Part shown: in pieces, positions 20,057 through 28,553 of the stretch
How the letters are laid out: every line of letters begins with the position of its first letter
Numbering within the stretch: the first letter of the stretch is position 1
Virus record (IMG/VR): IMGVR_UViG_3300017731_000001
Source of the DNA: a virus
Length of the DNA stretch: 64,000 bases
Direction: 5' to 3' (one strand)
Made by a program: the position numbers and the translations under genes
The notes under the pieces: model-generated
Database searches by the model: none
The model's input: the letters and a program-made list of their open reading frames with translations, nothing else
Told to the model about the DNA's origin: nothing

Positions 20057-21232
20057 TTGGTCACCCTTCGCCCACACCAGAAGAAAGCACTGAATGCAAT
20101 GCTGGCATATGACAAGGGTCAGGTCATCATCCCTACGGGTGGTGGCAAGACTATGTGTATGATACATGATATTATTGAGAATCAAAAGTATATTGATAAT
20201 GGTTCTACTATTGTTGTTGTAGCACCTCGCATTCTTCTGGCAGAGCAACTCTGCAAAGAGTTTCTTGAAGTGATTGATACTACTCATACTCATGTGATGC
20301 AGGTTCATAGTGGTGATGTTGAGTATTTCAGCACCACCAAAGCAGACACGATTCACTTGTTCAACAACACTGCAAGAACTGCTGGTGAGAATGTCATCAT
20401 CTTCACCACATATCACTCACTACATCGTCTTGTAGAGGCAGACATTGAAGTGAATACAATTTACTTTGATGAGGCACATAACTCCGTTCAACGTAATTTC
20501 TTTCCTGCAACTGAGTTCTTCAGTAATGATTCTGATCGTTGCTATTTCTTCACTGCGACTCCTAAGCACTCGTTGTCTGTATTCAAACCAGGAATGAATG
20601 ATCCTGAGGTTTATGGTCAGGTCATCTGCAATGTTCCTGCACCTCAACTTGTCAAAGAAGGTTATATCCTTCCTCCTAAGGTTGTGGTTCATCAACTACC
20701 TCAGGGTGATTTCAAACTATCTGACGATAAGAATCTGTTGAATACGATTGATGCAAACTCACTCAATAAGATTCTGATTGCAGCACGTTCTACCAAGCAG
20801 ATTTTGCGTATGGTAAGTCAGTCTGATTTTTGTCAGCAACTACATGAGCGTGGATACAACTGGATGTATATTACATCTAAAACCGGTGCAATCATCAATG
20901 GCAAGAAGGTTTCCCGTGAGGAATTCTTCAAGACTTTGAATGCCTGGGGTCAGGATGATACTCGTTTTGTTGTCATGCACCACTCTATTCTGTCTGAAGG
21001 CATCAATGTCAAGGGACTGGAAGCAGTCCTATTCATGCGTAATATGGATTATGTAGGATTGTCGCAAAGTATTGGACGGGTCATTAGGTTAGGTGGACCC
21101 CAGAAGACCTTTGGACTGGTTTGTGTGCCAGTCTTTGACAAGGTGGGCATCAGCACTGCCAGGAGTGTTCAGGCGGTCGTAGAGACGATTTTTGAGAGGG
21201 GTGAGGCAGCGATATCCGTAGTGAGGAAGTAG
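20057..21232 (+). CDS. SF2 DEAH-box helicase (type III restriction Res-subunit-like)
   Basis: Walker A PTGGGKT, DEAH, TAT, QSIGRVIR motif VI. Confidence 0.9.
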   Translation: MVTLRPHQKKALNAMLAYDKGQVIIPTGGGKTMCMIHDIIENQKYIDNGSTIVVVAPRILLAEQLCKEFLEVIDTTHTHVMQVHSGDVEYFSTTKADTIHLFNNTARTAGENVIIFTTYHSLHRLVEADIEVNTIYFDEAHNSVQRNFFPATEFFSNDSDRCYFFTATPKHSLSVFKPGMNDPEVYGQVICNVPAPQLVKEGYILPPKVVVHQLPQGDFKLSDDKNLLNTIDANSLNKILIAARSTKQILRMVSQSDFCQQLHERGYNWMYITSKTGAIINGKKVSREEFFKTLNAWGQDDTRFVVMHHSILSEGINVKGLEAVLFMRNMDYVGLSQSIGRVIRLGGPQKTFGLVCVPVFDKVGISTARSVQAVVETIFERGEAAISVVRK

Positions 21233-21233
21233 A

Positions 21234-21276
21234 ACTGTCACACCAGGAGTAGAACGCTGCTCCACTCTGCTATAAT
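21234..21276 (+). promoter_or_regulatory. Early-promoter element (right half-site ACTGTCAC, hairpin GGAGTAG/CTGCTCC, TGnTATAAT)
   Basis: Same 29-nt spacing to -10; left half-site is degenerate. Confidence 0.7.
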
Positions 21277-21301
21277 ACAAAAGTAATCAGGGGAACATCC
21301 C

Positions 21302-21442
21302 ATGAAGTGCAAAGTTCAACTCTACGTGTCTGGCACCGTCTTTGATGAGATTGTCATCGCACGGAACTATGAAGAAGCAAGAAAAACTGCACTTGCACGT
21401 AATCCTACGGCAACAGTTGTAAGTGTTACTGCCGTCTTCTAA
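21302..21442 (+). CDS. Small hypothetical early protein (46 aa)
   Basis: MKCKVQLYVSGTVFDEIVIARNYEEARKTALARNPTATVVSVTAVF, directly after the promoter. Confidence 0.75.
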   Translation: MKCKVQLYVSGTVFDEIVIARNYEEARKTALARNPTATVVSVTAVF

Positions 21443-21675
21443 TGAGTGAATCAAAAGATTACCGAAAGTTCTATACTTGTCCTAACAAAGACATTTTAGA
21501 AAACAAAGTTGGGTATCCGAGTGGTTATGTAACCAAGGATGGTATGTGGGCCGCTGTGCCACTTGCAAAATCAAAGAAGTTTGTGATTATCAACAACGGA
21601 TCAATCGTTCACACTTCAAAAAATTATCCATCTGCTGTCTCATACATAGAAAAAAATATGAAGAAAAAACGATGA
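21442..21675 (+). CDS. Hypothetical protein
   Basis: TAATG overlap with the previous gene. Confidence 0.7.
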   Translation: MSESKDYRKFYTCPNKDILENKVGYPSGYVTKDGMWAAVPLAKSKKFVIINNGSIVHTSKNYPSAVSYIEKNMKKKR

Positions 21676-21869
21676 AGGATCAAAACAGCATTGAAGATTG
21701 CGAAAGCAAACAAGAAAAGTGGAATCGCGGACTTGATATTTTTATTGAATCCGTGATTAAACCTGATGCATCTCTTCGTGATTGTGCTCGTAATCAAAAA
21801 TGTTATCATGAACTGATGGATGTTCGCAATGATGTTTTGGATTATCTCAAAACAAAAAGATGGCAATAA
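21672..21869 (+). CDS. Hypothetical protein
   Basis: ATGA overlap; start reassigned to MKDQNS. Confidence 0.7.
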   Translation: MKDQNSIEDCESKQEKWNRGLDIFIESVIKPDASLRDCARNQKCYHELMDVRNDVLDYLKTKRWQ

Positions 21870-21899
21870 TATAACTAATAAAGAACTATAGTTAAAGTT

Positions 21900-22061
21900 A
21901 TGGACCCCGAAGAAATTACTTTAAATACCACAAGCAGGCAATTTACCTATGAAAAGATGTCTCGCGATCTTGATGGTTTGACTCCTGATGAACTGAGAGA
22001 TATGTGCAAATGTTATATGAAACTTTACCTCAAACAACAAGAAGTTCTCAAGACTATATGA
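21900..22061 (+). CDS. Small helical protein, NblA-like (53 aa)
   Basis: MDPEEITLNTTSRQFTYEKMSRDLDGLTPDELRDMCKCYMKLYLKQQEVLKTI; size and L.....F helix-loop-helix pattern resemble NblA. Confidence 0.45.
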   Translation: MDPEEITLNTTSRQFTYEKMSRDLDGLTPDELRDMCKCYMKLYLKQQEVLKTI

Positions 22062-22212
22062 AGGTAAGCACATCATCCTAGGCATAAATTTTTATTTCAG
22101 AAACTTGCAAATGTCAGCAATTCGTGATAAATATTAGGGAGAACTTCGGAGGAACGATGACCTGAAAATCTTACATTATGTCTTTTGTTTATCTAATACA
22201 TGGAGGTTCATC

Positions 22213-22374
22213 ATGCACAATCTAATATCATTTAATCAATTAGCAGGTTTTAAACTGGACGAAAAAAAGTCTGAAATTTCTGATAATTTAATCAACGAGT
22301 ATTATGAATGTCTGGTAGAATGTGACAATAATCAGTCAGTCTGTAAAAGAATTTGTCGGGAGGTTCTAGTTTAA
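22213..22374 (+). CDS. Small Cys-containing protein (53 aa; Cx3C...Cx3C)
   Basis: MHNLISFNQLAG...INEYYECLVECDNNQSVCKRICREVLV; strong SD GGAGGT at 22202. Confidence 0.8.
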   Translation: MHNLISFNQLAGFKLDEKKSEISDNLINEYYECLVECDNNQSVCKRICREVLV

Positions 22375-22454
22375 GTTTGTATACATTCAGTTGGAGGTAA
22401 AAAATGTTAGTTTATCTGCATCCGCCTTGATTATTCAGAGAATTTAATAAGATT

Positions 22455-22476
22455 AACCCTCGCAAGAGGGTTTTTT
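22455..22476 (+). terminator. Rho-independent terminator
   Basis: AACCCTC-GCAA-GAGGGTT stem with GNRA loop followed by a T run. Confidence 0.85.
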
Positions 22477-22521
22477 AATGCAAAGTTGTTAAATACTTAA
22501 AACATCCAAATAAAACTTAAA

Positions 22522-22674
22522 GTGGATTTATCCGACAAAAAAGCATCAAAAAAAATTATCAAAAGATTTAAAAAACATCCTGACTGGTATACACCAGAGG
22601 AGGTTTTGTATGCTAAAATGATTAAAAAGCAACTCAAGAAAGATGGAAGACAGTCTGAAAGTAGAACAGAATGA
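22522..22674 (+). CDS. Small basic hypothetical protein
   Basis: GTG start; KKIIKRFKKHPDWYTPEEVLYAKM. Confidence 0.6.
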   Translation: MDLSDKKASKKIIKRFKKHPDWYTPEEVLYAKMIKKQLKKDGRQSESRTE

Positions 22675-22804
22675 AGATGGCACATTCACTATAGAATGGG
22701 ATAATGATGATCCTAGATGGAATTTTTTGAATAACTTGACAAGTAAAGAAATTAGTACTATGATAGAAACCCTAGTCAAAGATAATCTAGATGAAACCAT
22801 TTAA
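22643..22804 (+). CDS. Hypothetical protein
   Basis: MEDSLKVEQNEDGTFTIEWDNDDPRW...; contains an internal promoter TTGACA(22736)-N17-TATGAT. Confidence 0.65.
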   Translation: MEDSLKVEQNEDGTFTIEWDNDDPRWNFLNNLTSKEISTMIETLVKDNLDETI

Positions 22805-23198
22805 TGAGCACGAAGATTACTCACTGAATATGTTATCCGATTGGGTTAAGGAATCATTAGAGTCTTCACATACTCCACAACAAGTGTATGAAACAATTGT
22901 AAGAGCTGTCAGGGAGAAAAGAGACTATCATGAAACATGCTATAACCATAGCAAGAAACTTTTAGAACTTTTAAAAGGTGAATTGACACCTCTGCCAGAA
23001 CATTATGATGACTTTGAGTGTCCTGTTCCAAAGCAAGAAACTATTACTTTTTCGGGACAAGATGGATCTGCAGAATCTTTAAGAAATTGGGAAAATTTTT
23101 GGTATGATGAGAATCATTTAACATTCAATTCTTCTTTACAACAAGAGGTGGATAGAATTGGTAAGGAAGGTGGATATGAATGGACACCAGGAACCTAA
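22791..23198 (+). CDS. Hypothetical protein
   Basis: 135-aa ORF downstream of a sigma70-like promoter. Confidence 0.65.
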   Translation: MKPFNEHEDYSLNMLSDWVKESLESSHTPQQVYETIVRAVREKRDYHETCYNHSKKLLELLKGELTPLPEHYDDFECPVPKQETITFSGQDGSAESLRNWENFWYDENHLTFNSSLQQEVDRIGKEGGYEWTPGT

Positions 23199-23292
23199 CA
23201 TAATATTTGTAAAGCAATTACAAAGAAAATCTTAAATTACTAACTAATTTTGTGCGGAAACGCTAAAATATCTCAGTAAAAGCAAGACACCT

Positions 23293-23457
23293 ATGACTCT
23301 TCCCCAAAATGGCAAGAAATTGACAGAAATAGAGAAGAAAAGCATGAAAATTGCTTTAAAAGAGGCAGACATTCGTGCAATTCATCCCGAAAGGATGGAA
23401 GCACTCGCAGATTCTATGGTTCAAAGACTCAAAAATAGTGCAAATGTAGCACTTTGA
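23293..23457 (+). CDS. Hypothetical protein (54 aa)
   Basis: MTLPQNGKKL...IRAIHPERMEALAD. Confidence 0.6.
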   Translation: MTLPQNGKKLTEIEKKSMKIALKEADIRAIHPERMEALADSMVQRLKNSANVAL

Positions 23458-23502
23458 ACCATCAATCAAAATAAATAAGTAAAACAAATTACAAAACTTC
23501 GC

Positions 23503-23730
23503 ATGGACACAATCGAGCAGCATATTGAGGTGGATAAACAGATCCTTGACAATCCTCTAACTTCTCCTAATCAACGTCGTCACATTGAAGGTGAGCTACA
23601 TGAATTAGAAGATTATGTAGAGCATCATCAGAAAGAAATTGAAGCAGGTGATCATCATGACCCCACCGCACTTGAACTTTATTGTGATTCTAACCCATCA
23701 GAACCTGAATGTAAAGTTTATGAGGATTGA
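23503..23730 (+). CDS. cp12: CP12 Calvin-cycle inhibitor (auxiliary metabolic gene)
   Basis: C-terminal LELYCDSNPSEPECKVYED CP12 signature; late-type ATAAATA at 23471. Confidence 0.93.
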   Translation: MDTIEQHIEVDKQILDNPLTSPNQRRHIEGELHELEDYVEHHQKEIEAGDHHDPTALELYCDSNPSEPECKVYED

Positions 23731-23732
23731 TC

Positions 23733-23789
23733 GGGACAGTTAAAGAACTGGTTCAGCACTCTTGACTGGGTGCTTTTTTATGTCATACT
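23733..23789 (+). promoter_or_regulatory. Early-promoter element: GGGACAGT-N6-ACTGGTTC; hairpin AGCACTC/GGGTGCT with TTGACT in the loop plus T run; -10 CATACT
   Basis: Repeated motif family; the hairpin doubles as a likely terminator for cp12. Confidence 0.7.
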
Positions 23790-23817
23790 ATACGTATCAA
23801 AAGAACCCACCCCACTC

Positions 23818-24381
23818 ATGTTTGATTCTATCTTTGCTGATGGTTCTCTTCGTGAATACATCAACGACAATCTGAAAGATCCTTGGGAAGGTACAAATTT
23901 TGAGGGTTATGTATACATGTCTCCCAAACAAAAGGGTGAATTTGGTGAGCGTTTTGTTCACAAATATATGAATCTCCTTGAATATAAAGTAGAACGGGCA
24001 AAAACCTCCACTGCCGGTCATGATCGTGTGATTCTAGAGTATCTGGAGGAAGTTATGACTAGCAGGTATCTTACAGAAATCAAATTTTCTCTTGCCACTA
24101 GGAATAAAAAAGATGGTGTAGTTGATGATAAGTTCATCATCAATCATGTCTCTGTTGGTAAAGATTGGGAGCGTCTCATCTTCTGTGGTATCAATCCTGA
24201 CGAGCAAGATGTTCGCTTCGTGTTTATCACCAAAGCAGACTTTGAAGCACACTTGAAGAGTGATAAGTGTTATTTCAATGTGCAGCAAGGTGGTAAGAAA
24301 GTCGGTAATGATGATTACATTTGCACAAATGTTGCTGCTCTGCTAGAATGTGACTTCGTGAAGGATATTGCTGAATGGTGA
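23818..24381 (+). CDS. Putative PD-(D/E)XK restriction endonuclease
   Basis: KGEFGE helix, GHDRVI...TEIKFS catalytic pattern; overlaps the MTase start; start moved downstream of the promoter. Confidence 0.55.
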   Translation: MFDSIFADGSLREYINDNLKDPWEGTNFEGYVYMSPKQKGEFGERFVHKYMNLLEYKVERAKTSTAGHDRVILEYLEEVMTSRYLTEIKFSLATRNKKDGVVDDKFIINHVSVGKDWERLIFCGINPDEQDVRFVFITKADFEAHLKSDKCYFNVQQGGKKVGNDDYICTNVAALLECDFVKDIAEW

Positions 24382-25142
24382 ATTTACTACTGGGCGATTG
24401 TTTATACCTGCTGCCTACGATTGCAGATAACAGTGTTGATATGCTGCTGGTAGATTTGCCCTACGGTACAACTGCGTGTAAGTGGGATAGTATTATCCCT
24501 TTGGATAAGTTGTGGGATCAATATAACCGAATCTGTAAAGAAAACGCAGCAATGGTATTTACTGCCGCACAACCTTTCACAACTATATTGGCAGCATCTA
24601 ATATCAAAAATTTGAAGTATGAATGGATATGGGAGAAACCGCAGGGAACTAATCCCATGAACGCCAAAGTCATGCCTCTTAAGAGTCATGAAAACATCCT
24701 GGTATTTTATAGAAAGAAACCAACATATAATCCTCAAATGTGGTATTCAACTCCATATAGTGGGTTTAAGTCTGAGACAGCAAAGATAGGCGAAGTTTAT
24801 GGAGGAGCAAAATCTAAGCATCGGGACAATCCTGAGGGGTCTCGCTACCCCAAGACCATTTTAAAATGCAAGCAAGAGAAGGGTTTGCATCCAACGCAGA
24901 AACCTGTGGCACTGATGGAGTATTTGGTTAAAACATACACTCATAAAGGTGAGACAGTGCTGGATAATACCATGGGAAGTGGCACAACAGGCGTTGCATG
25001 TGTCAATACTGATAGAAATTTCATAGGAATTGAGAGTGATGAAAAGTATTATGCCATAGCAGAGAACCGCATGAACAGCACTGTGCCACTTGAAGAACTG
25101 GAGTCAACCCCTTGCAATCCACTCACTAATGCCTTATATTAA
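24375..25142 (+). CDS. DNA N4-C/N6-A methyltransferase, beta class
   Basis: Motif IV DLPY N-terminal, HPTQKP, motif I LDNTMGSGTT C-terminal. Confidence 0.92.
   Translation: MVNLLLGDCLYLLPTIADNSVDMLLVDLPYGTTACKWDSIIPLDKLWDQYNRICKENAAMVFTAAQPFTTILAASNIKNLKYEWIWEKPQGTNPMNAKVMPLKSHENILVFYRKKPTYNPQMWYSTPYSGFKSETAKIGEVYGGAKSKHRDNPEGSRYPKTILKCKQEKGLHPTQKPVALMEYLVKTYTHKGETVLDNTMGSGTTGVACVNTDRNFIGIESDEKYYAIAENRMNSTVPLEELESTPCNPLTNALY
25083..25140 (+). promoter_or_regulatory. Early-promoter element inside the MTase 3' end: GTGCCACT-TGAAGA-ACTGGAGT, TTGCAA, TATATT
   Basis: Repeated motif family; 30 nt to -10. Confidence 0.7.
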
Positions 25143-25240
25143 GGAAGTGGAGGGGAGACCCGACACGACACACCCAGAGGCAACACACATAAGAGCAGAG
25201 ACAAACCTCTGCCGCCTCTCATCCACATTCTCTTTCTAGC

Positions 25241-25681
25241 ATGGCAACCCGCGCCCGCATTGGTATTCAACTCTCAGATGACTCCATTCTTTCTGTTTAT
25301 CATCACTGGGATGGTTATCCTACTTGGTTGGGTCGGATTCTCAAGACGCACTACAATACAAAGGAGAAAGTAGCAGAACTGATTGATGGTGGTGATATGT
25401 CATCTTGCTGGACAAAAGATCGCTGGACTGGTAAGCAAGTTGCAAAATATGTGATTGAAAATGTTGAGGTTGAAGAATATGGTCCTCAATATTATTCTGC
25501 TCGTGGTGAGAATTGCCCTCCTCGTCTTGATGACCTGTTTGAGTATCTTGACAAGAAAAACAATGAAGAGTATGCTTACATTTGGACTGTAAATAACAAA
25601 TGGGTTTGCATGGATATGAACCAGTTCAATGACAATAACCCTGAAAAGGTTGAAATTCCAGAAGGAGCACTTGCAGTATGA
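25241..25681 (+). CDS. Conserved-type phage hypothetical protein (YHHWDGYP motif)
   Basis: MATRARIG...SVYHHWDGYP..LG..L pattern. Confidence 0.75.
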   Translation: MATRARIGIQLSDDSILSVYHHWDGYPTWLGRILKTHYNTKEKVAELIDGGDMSSCWTKDRWTGKQVAKYVIENVEVEEYGPQYYSARGENCPPRLDDLFEYLDKKNNEEYAYIWTVNNKWVCMDMNQFNDNNPEKVEIPEGALAV

Positions 25682-26013
25682 CATCAATGCTTTTCACTTC
25701 CGGACAATCATCACACTCACATCTTGCTCAAAGTGTATTTGAGTTCTTTACATCACTCTATGGTGTAAAGAGTGATGTTGAAGTATTTCATACAGATCTC
25801 ACTGATGACAATGCATTTGGTTTTACTGAAATCAATGGTGATGAGCAATTCATTCAGATTCACAATGATTTGAATGAGAATGATTACATTACCACACTAT
25901 TGCATGAACTTGTTCATGTTGTTCAGAATGAAAATGGTCAGTTTGATGACACTCAGAGAGAGAAGGAGGCATATGAGTTAGAGTCTATCCTGTTCAACCG
26001 GTTCGGCAAATGA
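25678..26013 (+). CDS. Small HExxH zinc-metallopeptidase-like protein
   Basis: TLLHELVHVVQ followed by EKEAY. Confidence 0.65.
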   Translation: MTSMLFTSGQSSHSHLAQSVFEFFTSLYGVKSDVEVFHTDLTDDNAFGFTEINGDEQFIQIHNDLNENDYITTLLHELVHVVQNENGQFDDTQREKEAYELESILFNRFGK

Positions 26014-26052
26014 CACAAGGGGGTTGACACAGACCTCCAACTCGTGTATATT
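25995..26052 (+). promoter_or_regulatory. Early-promoter element: CAACCGGT-N6-AATGACAC, TTGACA-N17-TATATT
   Basis: Repeated motif family; stop codon of the upstream gene lies in the right half-site. Confidence 0.75.
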
Positions 26053-26125
26053 AGGTTCATGGGAGAGGAAGTGCCCTAAAGACTCCACATTCTATAATCC
26101 CACCTACATGGGTGGCGTCATTCCA

Positions 26126-26827
26126 ATGACTGTAATGTTCAAATCCGATCTTTCAAAAATTCGTATCACACGCCAATTTGAGACAAATATTGCTCTTGCT
26201 GAGGGTATTTGTCATACAGAAAATATTAGTGATACCGATCTCAAGAAACTGATTAACTTCAAGTCTCTTGATCGTCTTGCTGAACTTCTTTGTACCAATC
26301 GTGAATACGTCTATGAGAAGTGTAAAGCAGACTATGAGTTTGCTTTAGCTGTTGCTCATGGCACTGCTATTCTTGCCTCACGTCAAGGTTCAAAGGATGA
26401 ATCTTACGTTCTTGATCAGATTAACCGCGTCTCTAGTGGTTATGGTATCTACGTACAATCTCTGAACAATCAGGATCTTCGTCCTACAAAGGATGGACGC
26501 CTGTTGAACAAAGCAGAGTTCCAAGAGTCTGGTCTTGATAAACTTGAGTGCCTCAAGTCTATCGATGGTGTGATCAACGGTAATGTAGAAGGATACATCT
26601 TTGCCAAGATTTGTTTTGGTGAAGGTGGACATCAGGATAATGTGTTCCACGAAGCAGCACACTTTGCTGACTGGGCAGAACAGTATGGTGAGGAAGGCAA
26701 AGTATATGTCATCCTCATCGATACTGACCTGACTAACAAGTTTGATCGTCTTAAGTTTAACTACGACTCTGACACAGTTTGGGTCGTTGATCATGTAGAA
26801 TTCCAGCAACGTCTTGGTATTGAATGA
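26126..26827 (+). CDS. Putative restriction endonuclease partner of the downstream MTase
   Basis: SRQG, KSIDG...IFAK, GGHQDN pattern; ATGA overlap with the MTase; start moved downstream of the promoter. Confidence 0.45.
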   Translation: MTVMFKSDLSKIRITRQFETNIALAEGICHTENISDTDLKKLINFKSLDRLAELLCTNREYVYEKCKADYEFALAVAHGTAILASRQGSKDESYVLDQINRVSSGYGIYVQSLNNQDLRPTKDGRLLNKAEFQESGLDKLECLKSIDGVINGNVEGYIFAKICFGEGGHQDNVFHEAAHFADWAEQYGEEGKVYVILIDTDLTNKFDRLKFNYDSDTVWVVDHVEFQQRLGIE

Positions 26828-27795
26828 GTAAGCAACTCCTGGGTCAGTATTATACAACGACTGACCCATTCAACAACTCCGGTGCATTCCGTTCCTGGTA
26901 TCAGATGGTGCCCAAGACTACAATCTTGGAACCATTTGCAGGTGCGGGGCACCTTTTTTCGTATGTAAATGCAGAGTGGCATGGATATGATATTGAGCCC
27001 AATCATCCTGATATAGAGTATAGAAATACATTTGAACAGTTTCCTACTGGGTACAGAGTGTGTATCACTAACCCACCATACCTTGCGAAGACAGTAGTAT
27101 CACGTAAGAAACTACCAGTGCAACTAATACATGAAGACATGTACCTTGATGCACTACAATTAATGCTGGATAACTGTGAGTACGTCGCTGCAATCATACC
27201 CAGTACATTCTGGAACCAAAGATTATTCAAGGATAGACTGTATGCATGGGATAAGTTTGATATGCAACTATTCACAGATACTGATGCACCCGCAGGTGTT
27301 GCATATTTTGTTCCGCATAGAGTAGAACACACACGAACATTTGTCAATGGTGAGGAGATTGTGCTCACATCTGACAACACACCAACAAAAACTGATTTTC
27401 ATGTGCGCTTCAACCCACGCGACCTAGCACCCATCCTCGTAAATGGAATTGATACAAATACACAGAATAACATTCATCTCCGTATGTTACAGGACAATGA
27501 CATACCATCACTAGTGAATAGTACTGGTGAGTGTAAGAATACTAACAGAAATCACTTCCCAATTGAGTCAACAATGGTAAAAGAGGCAGATCTACCCGCA
27601 ATCAATGCAATGATAGACCAATGGAGAGATGAGACTATGGATTTTTTCCTTACTAGTTTCAAGTCTCCCATGGCATCAGGCAAGTACAGAAAACGGATCA
27701 GTTTCATGGAAGTCAGGTGGTTGCTTTGGAAATTCTATATGCCAGTTGAAGAAGTGTCACAGAACCCATTGGAAAGTGCTCTGTATACCCTATAA
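26824..27795 (+). CDS. DNA N6-adenine methyltransferase, gamma class
   Basis: GQYYT, motif I LEPFAGAG, motif IV TNPPY. Confidence 0.88.
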   Translation: MSKQLLGQYYTTTDPFNNSGAFRSWYQMVPKTTILEPFAGAGHLFSYVNAEWHGYDIEPNHPDIEYRNTFEQFPTGYRVCITNPPYLAKTVVSRKKLPVQLIHEDMYLDALQLMLDNCEYVAAIIPSTFWNQRLFKDRLYAWDKFDMQLFTDTDAPAGVAYFVPHRVEHTRTFVNGEEIVLTSDNTPTKTDFHVRFNPRDLAPILVNGIDTNTQNNIHLRMLQDNDIPSLVNSTGECKNTNRNHFPIESTMVKEADLPAINAMIDQWRDETMDFFLTSFKSPMASGKYRKRISFMEVRWLLWKFYMPVEEVSQNPLESALYTL

Positions 27796-27796
27796 T
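27739..27796 (+). promoter_or_regulatory. Early-promoter element inside the MTase 3' end: ATGCCAGT-TGAAGA-AGTGTCAC ... TATAAT
   Basis: Repeated motif family; the MTase stop codon falls in the -10 box. Confidence 0.75.
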
Positions 27797-27822
27797 AACT
27801 ACATAAGCAACCAACCCCACCC

Positions 27823-28089
27823 ATGCAACTTACAAACTCCGTCTGTGTCGTTGATTTCTTCCCTGAGGCATTCATTGCCGAGGCAGATCCTATCACAGGA
27901 ATGAAGGTTGTTGTTAAGCGTTTCCAGAAGCGTGTCACTTTCCGTGCCAATGGTCAAAAATCTTATAGCACTGTGACCATGCTCACTGCCAAGAATGAGT
28001 GGGCAGAGCGTATTGCCAATGGTGCAACAGTTACTAACTACAACACCGACAAAATGGATCGTTCCGAGTACACTCCAATGGGTTGCTGA
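27823..28089 (+). CDS. Hypothetical early protein
   Basis: 88-aa ORF right after the promoter. Confidence 0.75.
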   Translation: MQLTNSVCVVDFFPEAFIAEADPITGMKVVVKRFQKRVTFRANGQKSYSTVTMLTAKNEWAERIANGATVTNYNTDKMDRSEYTPMGC

Positions 28090-28091
28090 TT

Positions 28092-28238
28092 ATGTTTACC
28101 ACAGAAGACCATGAGTTTATCGATTTTCTCTTCGGTAAACTCACTTCTCTTACTGACACTGAGATGATTGATTTGCAGGATGATGATTCATGCTGCGATC
28201 ACCTTGAATTTGAACAACTAACTCTCCCCGAATCATGA
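28092..28238 (+). CDS. Small acidic hypothetical protein
   Basis: MFTTEDHEFIDFLFGKL...; tight packing with neighbours. Confidence 0.6.
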   Translation: MFTTEDHEFIDFLFGKLTSLTDTEMIDLQDDDSCCDHLEFEQLTLPES

Positions 28239-28483
28239 ACCCACAATTTTCTGGTGTATTTACAACGGTCAAAGATCATGGTGGAGTCTATGCAGTTTGT
28301 ACTGAAGGTGAATTATTTTACTCTCCAATGTATGAAGATGGTAGTGTAAATTTTGAGGAGTTTGAAATTGTAGATTTTTGGGATTCTAAAATTGATCCAG
28401 AGGAACTTGAAAAAATTCAATCGGTATTGATTGATATGATGCAGATTGCTGGTCTGTATTTTAAGTCCATGGTGCCAGTTTAA
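28235..28483 (+). CDS. Hypothetical protein
   Basis: 82-aa ORF; last codons (VPV*) are encoded by the palindrome motif. Confidence 0.7.
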   Translation: MNPQFSGVFTTVKDHGGVYAVCTEGELFYSPMYEDGSVNFEEFEIVDFWDSKIDPEELEKIQSVLIDMMQIAGLYFKSMVPV

Positions 28484-28529
28484 CCGGTGTCACACGGCAT
28501 CTTGAAACCCTCTCAGGATGCCCTATAAT
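28472..28529 (+). promoter_or_regulatory. Early-promoter element: GTGCCAGT-TTAACC-GGTGTCAC, hairpin GGCATC/GATGCC around TTGAAA, TATAAT
   Basis: Repeated motif family; 30 nt to -10. Confidence 0.8.
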
Positions 28530-28553
28530 ACATTCATACAAGGGAAACCACCC

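Noticed and set aside
23209-23221. NtcA box upstream of the gene before cp12
   Set aside because: GTA-N7-TAC rather than the required GTA-N8-TAC.
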